Positions 13,239-24,935 of a stretch of DNA of 64,000 bases are shown in pieces. The stretch lies in NCBI GenBank assembly GCA_030390025.1, contig CM059433.1, positions 3,286,001 to 3,350,000 of the forward strand, written 5' to 3'. This stretch comes from Squalus acanthias (taxonomy: Eukaryota). Within the stretch, counting starts at the first letter, position 1, and each line of letters begins with the position of its first letter. Position numbers and translations under genes: made by a program. The notes beneath the pieces are model-generated. The model did not search any database, was not told where the DNA came from, and saw only the letters and a list, made by a program, of their open reading frames with translations.

Positions 13239-14250
13239 GGGCCTGAATTTGTGGCCGGCAGCGAAGCTGAGGAGAACGCCGCCGACATCGCAAGTAAATC
13301 CGCGCCTACATCATGCGATCCCCCCGCAAGAACTTCCTTTAAAATGCCGCAGAGTTCCATGCAGCGCACTCACCCACGGAGCTCAGGAGCGCGCGGTGTG
13401 CGTATGCGAACCTGGGATCACACGGGGCCGGTGGTTCTGTTCCTTCCTGATTCTAAGCCTGTAAGCTACTCATTCAGGTCTCGCCAGCTTTAATGGTCGC
13501 ATTCGCAGTAAATCTCTATTTCTTACAGCTTCCTCCTTCATTGAAACTTGCATCCAAGATCCATATTATTGCCGATCCAATACTCCCGAAGTGAAATTCT
13601 GGGTAAACTCAACGGGAATAGCAGAACCTTTCTTTGTCTCTCCTTTATACGGATTATATAGATTTCACCTTCTATTTAATTCAACGTGACTCCGAAAAAA
13701 ATTCTATCGTTAACCCCAAATTTTATCGAAATTATCCCGTTTTAAACTACCTGTCATTTTTCTCTCTTTCCCCTCCAACTGAACATACGTAACGGGCATT
13801 AACCGTTTAAAAATCATTTTCACTTTGAATCAAAAAGAAAGCTCTGCAAAAACTTTTTTTAAGACAAGTTTGTCTGCGCTGAGCTTCAGTTAGCAGCTAA
13901 CACTGACGGCAGAAATAAACCAGCACCATCTCATTCATTTGATCTACGTGGTACTGTACCTATTAATTGTGTTGTGTGTTAGAACTTCATTCCCAATTAA
14001 ACCTTCCTTCCGGTCCCCTTACGCTGTGCAACAGGCTTCCTGCGCCTACTTGCACAAGACTTAAAAATTGAAAGCGTATTTATTTCGGAGTAGGTGGGCA
14101 ATTAGCCCAACTTTTCGCCAGCACACTGATTTCTATCAGGAGGTGAAAGACGCAGCAAAGCCTCTGTGTATTCGTAACTTGACAGATCGCAGGTTCGGGA
14201 TTCAGCGCATGCGTGGGCAAAGCCCGGAAGTAAAGTCAGTGGGTCGAATT
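13239..14250. mobile_element. Harbinger-type TIR element, or left arm of the adjacent Harbinger
   Basis: Starts GGGCCTGAATTT. GC-rich ends with an AT-rich core, and the CTGGGATCAC motif shared with 34366-34375. Right end unclear. Confidence 0.5.
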
Positions 14251-15540
14251 CATTAATTCATTAGATTTTTCTTTCCGGATTTGGCGTCTCCGAGCAGCTC
14301 AGCGGGCATGATGCGCTCACACATGAAGCGATCTGAAGTCCACTATTTAAAGGGCCAATGCAGAAATGGAATTTGGAGAAGCCAGGAGGTGGTGAGGATG
14401 GATTTACAAAGAGCACCCAGATTCAATAATGCTGCCCTGGAATTATTGCTGGGCGCAGGCAGGAGCAGGAGGGACATACCTTTCCCCAGCAATGGGAGGA
14501 AGAAACCTGCTGCTGTCACGAAGAAGGCGAGGTGGGAAGTGGCTGAGGGGGTGAGCAGCAGGAGCATTGTGCCCCGGTCTAGAATGCAGATCAGGAAGCA
14601 GTTTAATGACCTAACCAGGTCAGGAAAAGGGAATACATTTGCTGATTCACCAACATCCTGTGGTGTAAACCACACCCTCCCTCACTCTGTCTTGTCAAGC
14701 GTTCTCCATCACACCACGCCTCACACCCACTTCAGTTTCTGCAGCACCCAGCCTTCCCTTTCTATGAACTTCCTCACCTCCCCATGTATCCGTCCACCGC
14801 TGCCACTCACCACAGTCCTTTTGCAATATGATGCATCTGTCTGATAAGCCGCCCTCAACGAATGCACTGCATCCATCGTGTGAATACATGGCATTCATTC
14901 ACTCACAGGTCTGATTTTTCGCTTAGTGTAGGAGAAGAGAGTGCGAAATGAGAGGGAGAGGGCTGGAGGTGGCCTGCCACAAATAGTCCAGCTCACAGAT
15001 GCAGAGGAGGATTCAATGGAGATAAGTGCCACATCTGCGAGCCTCTCAGTCGGAGATGGAGAGACTGGGAACTCACAGATGGCTGGTGACAGATTTAAAA
15101 ATATCTCTGACACACATGCTGACTTTATTTCATCAATGACTGAACTTTGAGAAGACTGAGTATGTTGATTGTCAGGGTTGTTACTTTGCCATGACTAATT
15201 TATATCTCTTTCTTTTGTCTTCCAGGGCCTTCATGCATACAGCAAGTGTCATGGGACAAACATGTGGGCGATTCCTCAGAGGACCTCATTCCTTCTGAGG
15301 GTGCACTGTCACTGGATGTAAAGCCAGGCACCAGCGCAGAGACTCACACTTCGGTGGGTCCACTTCGACAGTTCGTTGGATTTTCACCTGGTGATTCTCA
15401 CCTCACAAGTGAGCACGAGCAGACACTGGTGGCAGGGACAGCTGTGGAGAGTCCTGGGGGGCGCAAACCTCTCCAAGCTAGGCTCAGCTGAACACAGATG
15501 CTGTACTCCGGGGACCATCATAAAGAAGGAGAATGATAGA

Positions 15541-16838
15541 ATGGGGTTGTTTTCCTTAGAGCAGAGAAGGCTGAGGGGGGACCTGATTGAGATGTACAAA
15601 ATTATGAGGGGCATAGATAGGGTAGATAGAAAGGAACTTTTCCCCTTAGCAGAGGGGTCAATAACCAGGGGGCAGGCGGTTTAGAGGGGATTTAAGGAAA
15701 AACTTTTTCACCCAGAGGGTGGTTGGAATCTGGAACTCACTGCCTGAAAGGGTGGTAGAGGCAGGAACCCTCACAACATTCAAGAAGCATTTAGATGAGC
15801 ACTTGAAACGCCATAGCATACAAGGCTACGGACCAAGTGCTGGAAAATGGGATTAGAATAGAGAGGGCTTGATGGCCGGCGTGGACACGATGGGCCGAAG
15901 GGCCTCTTTCTGTGCTGTATAACTCTATGACTCTATGGGGGAAAAATTCAGTTGGTTGCGCCTCCCGTTAGCACCTTAAGAGGGTGCTAATGGGGCGTAA
16001 AGCAACTAGCGCCCGGGCGCGGCGATGTTTGCACCGCTCGCGAAATTAACTAGACATTTTGCGGTGGCGCTAAACACTATCGCCATGATCTCCTGCGCCG
16101 GCAGATCATGACGTCAGTCGAGTGCGCAACGCACCGGTAGCGCACCGGTGCGGATATTGAGTGGCACCCCCTGCCTTACTGCCTGCCGCTAGCAACGACA
16201 GGTTGAGGGGAGCGTTTTGCAGTCAGGAAGGGACTGGAGGAGCGCTATTTAAAGGCGACCGCTTCCTGCCTTTTATTGTTGGTGACATTTTTGAACCACG
16301 CATTCTGAGAGAGAGAGAGAGAGACTTCTGGAGAGATTCAACGCTGTGTGAAGGAGTTTTGGGTACTGAGCAGCACTTTGCAGGTTCATTTTGATTTGCC
16401 ATTCCTTGTATCGATTTAGAAGAGACTGTGGGGGACTGCACTCTGAGCTCTATCCCTGGCCCCTCCATTGTTCTTTCCAGCAGATTTGATGTACAGGTCT
16501 CTCCAGGCTGAGATTCAAGGCTGCAATGAGCAGGGTGTGGATGGAAAGCAAGATCAACCCTCCCCTTTAAGAACTGGCCGGCGCCAGTGTGTGTGTGTTC
16601 CATTGCTGACTGACATCACATGAGCTTCGCCAGCGCTCTGAGGTAGCGTCTCGCTCCTCGGCCTTTGCGCCTTAAGACAGGTGTGAAGCGCTTGATTTAG
16701 CGCTGCAATCACCTCCAGGGGCGATAAAAGTCAAGTTTGCAGTCGGAGGCGATAATTAGCGCCAGGCGCTAATCTTTGCGCCCAGCCGATAATTGCGCCC
16801 CAAATAGGGCGATACTGAATTTCTCCCCCTATGACTCT
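15541..16838 (+). mobile_element. CR1 3' fragment inserted in the Myb gene; its tail is split by a MITE
   Basis: GLFSLEQRRLRGDLIEMYKIMRG and a (CTCTATGA)n tail. Flanking 8-bp direct repeat ATGATAGA at 15533-15540 and 16839-16846. Confidence 0.9.
15937..16829. mobile_element. Non-autonomous Harbinger-type element (family A ends)
   Basis: 16-bp TIR GGGGGAAAAATTCAGT / ACTGAATTTCTCCCCC with 1 mismatch, and exact 3-bp TSD TAT. Confidence 0.9.
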
Positions 16839-17289
16839 ATGATAGAGGTACATCAGCAACTTAGGTACTGACAGACGGGCCGCATACACATCCACAATAG
16901 CAGAGATTTGTGGCGCAGGTAATTGCGAGATTGTCTGTCATGGAGAGAGTGGCTGCCTCCGCGGAGCTTCACGCCCGGCTCTCAAATACGTCCTTGCAGG
17001 TCATGACCACGGCTGTGCAGACTTGGACGGCAACATGTCCGCCGCCTTAAACAGGATGAGAGACCCCTTAACCGTGGCCTTACAACACGTCACTGATCTT
17101 CACCCAGCTGGCCTGCCACAGAGTGGTCGGAGTGATCTCTCGCTGGCCCAGGTGATGGCGAAAGGGGACATGGAAGTGGGAACTCCACTCAAGTGTTCCC
17201 ACTTCACACCTTTGGCCAGCCTCGGGGGTGGGGGTTGGTGATGGTGGTGGTGGCTTTCATTTGTTATTTGTTCCAGTCGGATCCTTCTA

Positions 17290-19361
17290 TCTATGAGGCC
17301 ATCCCTGGCATGCCGGGCAGCAATGTACGCCGATGGTTGCCCCTTCTTCATATTCCACCTCCTCCTCCTCCTCTTCTTCAATGTTCTTCTCATCAGAAGA
17401 TGCTGGATGAGTGCCTTGATTGTCCTCCATCTGTAATCCTCCAATGTTGTGCAGGACACAGCACACCACGCTCATTCTGGACACCCTGGCTGGCGAGTAC
17501 TGAAGGGCGCCTTCAGACCTAGCCAGGCACCTGAAGCGCATCTCAACATTCCAATGGCTTGCTCGATGACACACCTGGTGGTCATGTGGCTCTCGTTATA
17601 ACACTCCTGCGCCTCATTGGTGGGGTTCCTCACAGGTATCATGAGCCAAGTTTGAAGGGGGTATCCCATGTCTTCTATGAGCCGGCCCTTAAGTCTGATT
17701 CCTGGAACGAAAAGGTCTGGAATGTTGGACTGCTACCATATGAAAGCACCATGAAAGCTCCCAGGGAATGAACCTGCATGAACCTCTTCTTGTGGTTGCA
17801 CACCAGCTGCGTATTGATGGAATAATATCCCTCGCGGTTGATAAAAACTCTGGTTGCTGTGGTGGTCCTCGGATTGCCACATGTATGCAATCGATGGCAC
17901 CCTGTACCTACGGGAAGCCAGCCAGAAATCGAATGCAAGAGCCCGCTCATTCTGGCTATTGCCGTCGCTGGGGAAGTTGACATGTCGACGCCCTGGCAAA
18001 CAACCCATCCGTGATCTGCCTTATACATGTCCGTGCAGCCGGCTGAGAGACCCTCGAGATGTCTCCTGTGGCGCACTGGAAGGAGCCGGAGGCAAAGAAA
18101 TTGAGGGTGACGGTGACTTTGACAGTGACGGGCAATGTGTGACCTCCAGATCCAGCAAGGAGTAGCTCTTCTTGAAGGAAGCTGCAGATGTCTGCGACCA
18201 CCTGCTGTGTCAGTCTGAGCCTGTGGAAGTACTGCTCTTCAGAAAGGCCAAGTAAATTGAGTTTCTGTCGGTAGACCCTCACATGCAGGTACTGCCTCCT
18301 GCGACCTCGGTCCCTCTGTTGATCCCCTCCCACCTGCACACCTCTCTCCTGTGCACCTCTCTCCTGTGCCCCTCTCTCCTGTGCCCCTCTCTCCTGTGCC
18401 CCTCTCTCCTGCGCACCTCTCTCCTGTACCCCTCTCTCCTGTGCCCCTCTCTCCTGTGCCCCTCTCTCCTGTGCCCCTCTCTCCTGTGCCTCTCCCTCCT
18501 GTGCCCCTCTCTCCTGTGCCCCTCTCTCCTGTGCCCCTCTCTCCTGTGCCCCTCCCTCCTGTGAACCTCTCTCCTGTGCCCCTCTCTCCTGTGCCCCTCC
18601 CTCCTGTGAACCTCTCTCCTGTGCCCCCCTCTCTCCTGTGCCCCTCCCTCCTGTGCCCCTCTCTCCTGTGCCCCTCTCTCCTGTGCACCTCTCTCCTGTG
18701 CCCCGCTCTCCTGTGCACCTCCCTCCTGTGACCCTGCCTCCTGTGCCCCTCTCTCCTGTGCACCTCTCTCCTGTGCACCTCTCTCCTGTGCACCTCTCTC
18801 CTGTGGCCCTCTCTCCTGTGCACCCCTCTCCTGTGCACCTCCCTCCTGTGCACCTCTCTCCTGTGGCCCTCTCTCCTGTGCCCCTCTCTCCTGTGCACCT
18901 CTCTCCTGTGCCCCTCTCTCCTGTGCCCCTCCCTCCTGTGAACCTCTCTCCTGTGCCCCTCTCTCCTGTGCCCCTCCCTCCTGTGAACCTCTCTCCTGTG
19001 ACCCTCTCTCCTGTGCACCTCTCTCCTGTGGCCCTCTCTCCTGTGCACCCCTCTCCTGTGCACCTCTCTCCTGTGCACCTCTCTCCTGTGGCCCTCTCTC
19101 CTGTGCACCCCTCTCCTGTGCACCTCTCTCCTGTGCCCCTCTCTCCTGTGCCCCTCTCTCCTCTGTCCCTCCCTCCTGTGCCCCTCCCTCCTGTGCACCT
19201 CTCTCCTGTGCACCTCTCTCCTGTGCCCCTCTCTCCTGTGCCCCTCTCTCCTGTGCCCCTCTCTCCTGCGCCCCTCTCTCCTGTGCACGTCATCACTGCC
19301 GTGGATGGTGATTGACTTCCTCATCTGATGTAGTATTAAAAACATCCATGGCGTCACCCAT
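17290..19361 (-). pseudogene. Harbinger (HARBI1-like) DDE transposase, frameshifted
   Basis: Across frames: RVYRQK..LSEEQYFHRLRL, LPVTVKVTVTLNFFASGSFQ, VQGAIDCIHVAI, FINREGYYSINTQLVCN, GYPLQTWLMIP..YNESH..TRCVIEQAIG, RFRCL..GALQYSP..CCVLHNI. ATG at 19361. Confidence 0.9.
18341..19288. repeat. 15-bp minisatellite (CCTCTCTCCTGTGCC and variants), about 63 units
   Basis: Directly visible tandem array with variant units GCA/GAA/GGC/GAC. Confidence 0.97.
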
Positions 19362-20489
19362 CCTGCTGATATCCGTTTGAAAGCCTTCAAACTTCTCAAA
19401 AACCTCTCTGCTGACAAGGACTCCCTGCGAAACCTTTGCCGGAGGGAGCTGACAAAGCAGTTGTAAGCACTGAGCCTTTATTGAATTCGGACAATCTGAG
19501 CTTTAAAGAGCCCCTGAAGTGTAGCTCAATCTCACCTCCTTTTCTCTGGCGAGTTTCCCGAGCCCCGGGAAACCCGTGCTGGAGGTGTTAACTTCAAAAG
19601 ACTGTTTAATTCAATTGAAAACCCTGTTATTTCCATGTAATTATGATGTTAAATGCTGTGTTAATTACCGACCCTCCTGTGCTAATGGTCGCACCGACTC
19701 TAGCGAGCAGGTTACTCGGCCGCGGCCAAACGAGCCTCAGTTAAACACAGAAGTGAGTGTGTTGGAGCCGAGGTGCGGTCACGCTTGAATTTTCTTCTAT
19801 TTTTACTACCCACCCGACCCCCAACCCACTAGTTCTTGAGGGCGAGGGGGGGGGGCGGGGGGTTAAAATCCCCCTGTACCAATGTTAGCCATTGTCGTTT
19901 CTTCAAAGCAGGCAAGGAGTTGGATCTGCTGAGTCTCTCTACCCATCTGACTTCAGCACCTCCTGTTGATGACTTTTTCTGTAAGGAGAAGAAAAATATG
20001 CATTGAATGAGAGATATCTTACGCTGAATCTTTTAGGCAGTAGTTGTGTTTTATGTCTTTTTGCATAGCTTAGCTAAATGTAACGTTTGAAAGAATGTTT
20101 GAGAGCTAACTGTGCGCATTGTAATTGTCAACTGAATGTGGGAGTAACGGCAGTCAGTCTTCAGCCTTAATTCGTTGTATCATTCGAGGGTCCCTCATTC
20201 TTATTTTGATTTCACAGTTCTCAACAACCTTCATTATTTCCTTTTGAGTCCCCTTTGCAGTAGGTTGCTGAATTAATTTGGGTTAAGTATCTTAACTTGT
20301 GGAAGTTGTCTTGATGTCTTCATCCTTCAAAACTCGGCCCCCTTTGATCTCATCAGGGAAGAACATGTCAACAGATGACTTCTGGGTGAAAAGTCTAACC
20401 CTGCTCCTATGGACAATGATCCTACTAAGATTGACCTGAACAGCGACAGAGGAGGGCTACATCAAACTACACACCTCTACAAGATTGGT

Positions 20490-21243
20490 CATTGAGAGGA
20501 TGTTGGTGTTCAGAGAGATGTTGGTGTTCAGGGAGTGTCCTCGTGAAAGAAACACAGAAAGCTAGCATGCAGGTACAGCAAGCAATAAGGAAGGCAAATG
20601 GCATGTTGGCCTTTATTGCAAGGGGGTTGGAGTATAAGAGTAAGGAAGTCTTGCTACAATTGTACAGGGCCTTGGTGAGACCACACCTGGAGTACTGTGC
20701 ACAGTTTTGGTCTCCTTATCTAAGGAAGGATATACTTGCCTTGGAGGCGGTGCAACGAAGGTTCACTAGATTGATTCCTGGGATGAGGGGGCTGTCCTAT
20801 GATGAGAGATTGTGTAGAATGGGCCTATACTCTCTGGAGTTTAGGAGAATGAGAGGTGATCTCATTGAAACATACAAGATTCTGAGGGGGTTTGACAGGA
20901 TAGATGCTGAGAGGCTGTTTCTTCTGGCTGGAGTGTTTAGAACCAGGGGGCATAGTCTCAGGATAAGGGGTCGGCCATTTAAGACAGAGATGAGGAGGAA
21001 TTTCTTCACTCAGAGGGTTGTGCATCTTTGGAATTCTCTGCCCCAGAGGGCTGTGCATGCTGAGTCTTTGAGTATATTCAAGGCTGAGATCGATGGATTT
21101 TTGGACTCTAGGGGAATCAAGGGATATGGAGATCGGGCGGGAAAGTAGAGTTGAGGTCGATGATCAGCTATGATTTTATTGAATGGTGGAGCAGGCCCGA
21201 GGGGCCGTATGGCCGACTCCTGCTCCTAGTTCTTATGTTCTTA
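20490..21243 (+). mobile_element. CR1 3' fragment
   Basis: KANGMLAFIARGLEYKS..LVRPHLEYCAQFWSP..NFFTQRVVHLWNSLP and a (TTCTTATG)n tail. Confidence 0.95.
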
Positions 21244-22639
21244 GGACCTTTGGGATCTTAAGAGCCAGTTGAGGAGAGTCTCTGCAGTATTCCCCAGATC
21301 ATGTCTCACACATTGTTATAGCCTGCTGTGCCCTTCACAAATTCATCATACATAAAGGGCTAGGCTTTGGCATTGGTGACAAGGAGGCCCTAGCTTCGGT
21401 GGAACAGGAACTAAATGGAGGAGAGCATCATGATGATCTGCACTCAGAGGACTTCTCAGTGGCTACAAGTGCCTTTCTTTCACCTATTCTAGTGCTTCTC
21501 CTAGTTGGAATCTGAGGGCCAGTGTCGCAAGAGGTGGTTGGCTACTCATGCTCTGCAAAAGGTTCCTGGGACTGAGAAGGCCCTCGTCTCATGGCAGCTT
21601 GCTCTTGCCAGGGAGCCGCTGCTGACTCCACTGGTGTCACCTCCTACATTCTACTAGCATGGTCCTCAGTGAGGGAGGGCTGGGGGCCTGGCATGTCCTG
21701 CTGTGCTGAGCGATGGCAGTATCAAGCAAGTCGACTCCAGCCATCACCATTCCACTGGGCCCTGGATCTGTGTCCCCACTGATCAGTGAGGTAGCTGGTC
21801 TAATGGCTGCTATCATATCCTGAAAGCCCTGAGACACAGCAACAGTCATTGTGACCACAATGGTCGAGAAACTGGTATGCCGAGTGCTGTCTACCTGTGC
21901 CACCAGAACTGTAGTCTGTGCTTCTGTGGAGGTAGAGGCAATGACTGGTCCATGGTCGCTTGTTAGCTAGGGGAGGGTGGGTGTGGGGGGGGGGGGGGGG
22001 GAAGGTCTGTGCAGATTCCAATGAACCTGTCACATGCTCCATTGCTGTCTGCAATGACGATAAAGTATCCCTGACGTTGCCGCATTTGAGAGCCGTACAC
22101 TCAAGAGTGACCCTTGTCAGTTGCCGCACATCCTCGGGGACTGACCACAGAGCCTGGTATGATATTCCTTGGAGATCCTTCTTTTCAGGCATGAGTTCCT
22201 ACAATTCCAGAGCAATAGACGGCTTCTGCTGAGAAGGTGGACCTTCTGCACCCACTGCCCATTCCTTGGTGGAATCACCCGGTGCCACATCCTCACTTGC
22301 ACTATCTAGTTCCCCCGGACTGAAAGCATCTGGGCTGGTCCGTGAAAAAAACAAATGATTCGGGGCAGGGGGGTGAGTTGGAGGGCACTGGGACAGAGGA
22401 ACACACTGTAGGTGATCTGTGCACAAACTCGCGGGTGGGCTTGAGTCCGACTTCACTTCCTTCATCACCATCACAAGGAGGCAGTTGTGTCTCTTTTCTT
22501 CCTTCTTCGCATTGAGATTAAAATGAATGGTCAGAAAATCACAAGTTGTGTGCCCACGATCTCCTTCAGTTCTGGTCCCCCCCCCGCCCCCCACGTGATA
22601 TGGTGGCCTGGAAAATGGCCAGAGGAGAGCTACAAGAAT

Positions 22640-23140
22640 GATTCTGAACTTAAAGGCCCTCAGCTACTCAGATAGGCTCAAGCACCTTGGTCTATTTACC
22701 TTAGAGCAGAGCAGACTTGTAGGTGACCTGTTAGAGGTCTATAAAATAATTAAAGGGCTGGATAGAGTCCCTACTGATAGAGTATTCCAGTTTAACAGAT
22801 TGGGGAGGACCAGGGGACGTGGGTTTAAACTATGTAAGAGTGGGAATAGACTGGGTGTTGGGTGGTTCTCTTTCCCCAGACAGCAGTGAGCCTCTGGAAT
22901 GTGTTGCCTGGTGCGGTGGGTGCTGATTCGCTGACTCAAGAGGGAGCTGACCGGTTCCTGACTGGGGCGGAGATCGCATCGTAGAGAAGGTCAGTGTCTT
23001 TATAGAGAACACTGGGTCCGTGTGATCTCCTGGACTGGTTTCAGTTACCTGAGGGAGTCAGAGAGGAATTTTACAGAGTAGTTGTTCCCTTATTGTCACT
23101 GGATCTTTCCTCTGGTTATTTTTGACTCTCCCAGGAGATT
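22640..23140 (+). mobile_element. Old, diverged CR1 3' fragment
   Basis: LSYSDRLKHLGLFTLEQSRLVGDLLEVYKIIKGLD..RTRGRGFKL. Confidence 0.8.
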
Positions 23141-23141
23141 A

Positions 23142-24092
23142 GGGCCTGAATTTTCTCAAGGGAGGCGGGTTGGGGGCGGGGGCTTCCGAAGCGGGTGGGA
23201 AACCCAGGAGGCCGGATTTCCCGCAGGCCCAGCCGACTTTAACGGCAGGGCCTGATTTGAATGTAAGGCCTCGAATTCCCGCCTGCAGCCAGCCCAGACT
23301 GAGAGGCCAGCTGACTGCGGGCGGGTAGGCCTCAGAGACAATGGGTCGGTCCGGGGGAGGGATCATAGGGGGGGAGGGATCGTGGGGTCAGCATGGTCGG
23401 GGATTGTGGGGGGGGGCTTGGGGATCGGTGGGGGGTGTTGGGGATCGGTGTGGGCTAGGTCGGGAATCGCGGCGTCGGTTGCGGGGGGGGTTTGACAGCC
23501 GGGGATCGGATATTGGAGTCGGCCAGGGATCGGGAGGTGGTGTCGGGGATCGCGGGGGGTCGACAGGGGATCGGAGGGGGGGAGAGAGCATCGGGGACGG
23601 CCACCGGAGGATTGAGCCGGCCTCAGCATCATCAGTGGGGTGGAGGGTAGAGGCCTCATGGTGGGGATCGGAGGCCTGGGAAGGCGATCGGAGGCTTTGT
23701 GGGGGGGTCTCTGATCGCGGGGGGTGGGTGTGGTCGGGACCCTGGATCCAGGAGGTGGGTATGAAGCCACTTACCTCCTGGGTGCAGCAATCCCTGCCTC
23801 GGTTTAACTGCCGGGTTTCATGAACTCTGTAAAACCCGTCCACAGGCAGTTAAACACAAAATGGAAGGAAAAAAAGAGGATTCCAGCCTTATTACAATAT
23901 TTAAATTAAGGTACCGTTCCCTGGGAGCGGGTTGGTCGCCCACCCCCATCAAAACTAGGAGTGGGCGGGTTGGAGGCGGGATCAGGTCGGGAATTCTATT
24001 TTTAACAATTAAGCTGCCCCACCCCGCCCCCCCCACCCCCCCACCGCCCCCGCTCCAAACACACCCATTTCTTTTAGGGGAAAATTCCAGCC
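23142..24092. mobile_element. Harbinger-type non-autonomous TIR element with G-rich GATCG tract
   Basis: Ends GGCCTGAATTTTC / GAAAATTCCAGCC. Internal degenerate GGGGATCG repeats at 23355-23720. Confidence 0.7.
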
Positions 24093-24103
24093 TACATGTC
24101 TAC

Positions 24104-24120
24104 GGGGGCTGGGGGAGAGG

Positions 24121-24154
<34 letters not shown>

Positions 24155-24935
24155 GGGGGGAGGGGGGGGGAGAGGGGGGGGAGAGGGGGGGGAGGAGATG
24201 AGATGAGGGGAGAGCGGGGAGAGGGGGGAGAGGGGGAGATGAGGGGAGAGGGGGGGAGAGAGGGAGATGGGGGAGAGGGGGAGATGGGGAGAGAGGGGGA
24301 GATGGGGAGATGGGGGGAGGAGAGGGGGAGATGGGGGGAGAGGGGGAGATGAGGGGAGAGGGGGGAGATGAGGGGAGAGGGGGGAGTGGGGGAGAGGGGG
24401 GAGAGGGGGAGAGGGGGGAAATGGGAGAGGGGGAAAGAGGGGGAGATGGGGGAGGGGGGAGATGGGGGAGGGGGGGGAGATGGGGGAGATGGGGAAGAGG
24501 GGGAGAGGGGGAGATGGGGGAGGGGGAGAGGGGGGAGATGAGGGGGAGATGGGGAGAGAGGGGGAGAGGGGGGAGATGGGGAGAGAGGGGGAGATGGGGG
24601 AGAGAGGGGGAGATGGGGAGAGGGGGGAGATGGGGAGAGGGGGGAGAGATGGGAAGAGGGGGGAGAGATGGGGAGAGGGGGAGATGGGGGGAGAGGGGGG
24701 AGATGGGGGGAGAGGGGGGAGATGGGGGAGAGAGGGGGAGATGGGGAGAGGGGGGAGATGGGGAGATGGGGAGATGGGGGAGAGAGGGGAGATGGGGGAG
24801 AGATGGGGAGGGGGGAGATGGGGGAGAGAGGGCGAGATGGGGGGGATGGGGAGAGGGGGGAGAGGGGGGAGATGGGGGAGAGATGGGGAGATGGGGGAGA
24901 GAGGGGGAGATGGGGAGAGGGGGAGATGGGGGGGT
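24104..24935. repeat. Polypurine G/A-rich low-complexity tract (GGGGGAGA / GGGGAGAT units)
   Basis: About 830 bp of almost purely G/A on the plus strand, with a long G homopolymer at its start. Confidence 0.95.

Larger units (their letters stand above)
14398..17190 (+). pseudogene. Harbinger Myb/SANT-like (NAIF1/MSANTD-type) DNA-binding protein gene, spliced and decayed
   Basis: Exon 1 (14398-14628) RAPRFNNAALELLL..WEVAEGVSS..RSRMQIRKQFNDL. Exon 2 (14932-15085) ERERAGGGLPQIVQLTDAEE. Acceptor TTTTGTCTTCCAG before 15226. TATTTAAA at 14344. Last exon split by a CR1 insertion. Confidence 0.8.
14260..19874. mobile_element. Decayed autonomous-type Harbinger transposon with convergent Myb/SANT and transposase genes and nested inserts
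   Basis: Plus-strand Myb/SANT gene and minus-strand HARBI1-like DDE transposase. Right TIR-like end TTAAAATCCCCC at 19863-19874. Left boundary uncertain (about 14260, or 13239). Confidence 0.85.

Noticed and set aside
18341..19288. CRISPR-like array
   Set aside because: Units are contiguous with no unique spacers, there are no cas genes, and the context is a vertebrate genome.
17290..19361. Domesticated host gene HARBI1
   Set aside because: Multiple frameshifts and stops, a neighbouring Myb gene and a TIR-like end indicate a dead transposon copy.
18239..19417. Long ORFs (392 aa HRREG, 225 aa PLSPV) as novel repeat proteins
   Set aside because: They are stop-free readings of the 15-bp minisatellite. 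Only the AQERG frame connects to real transposase motifs.
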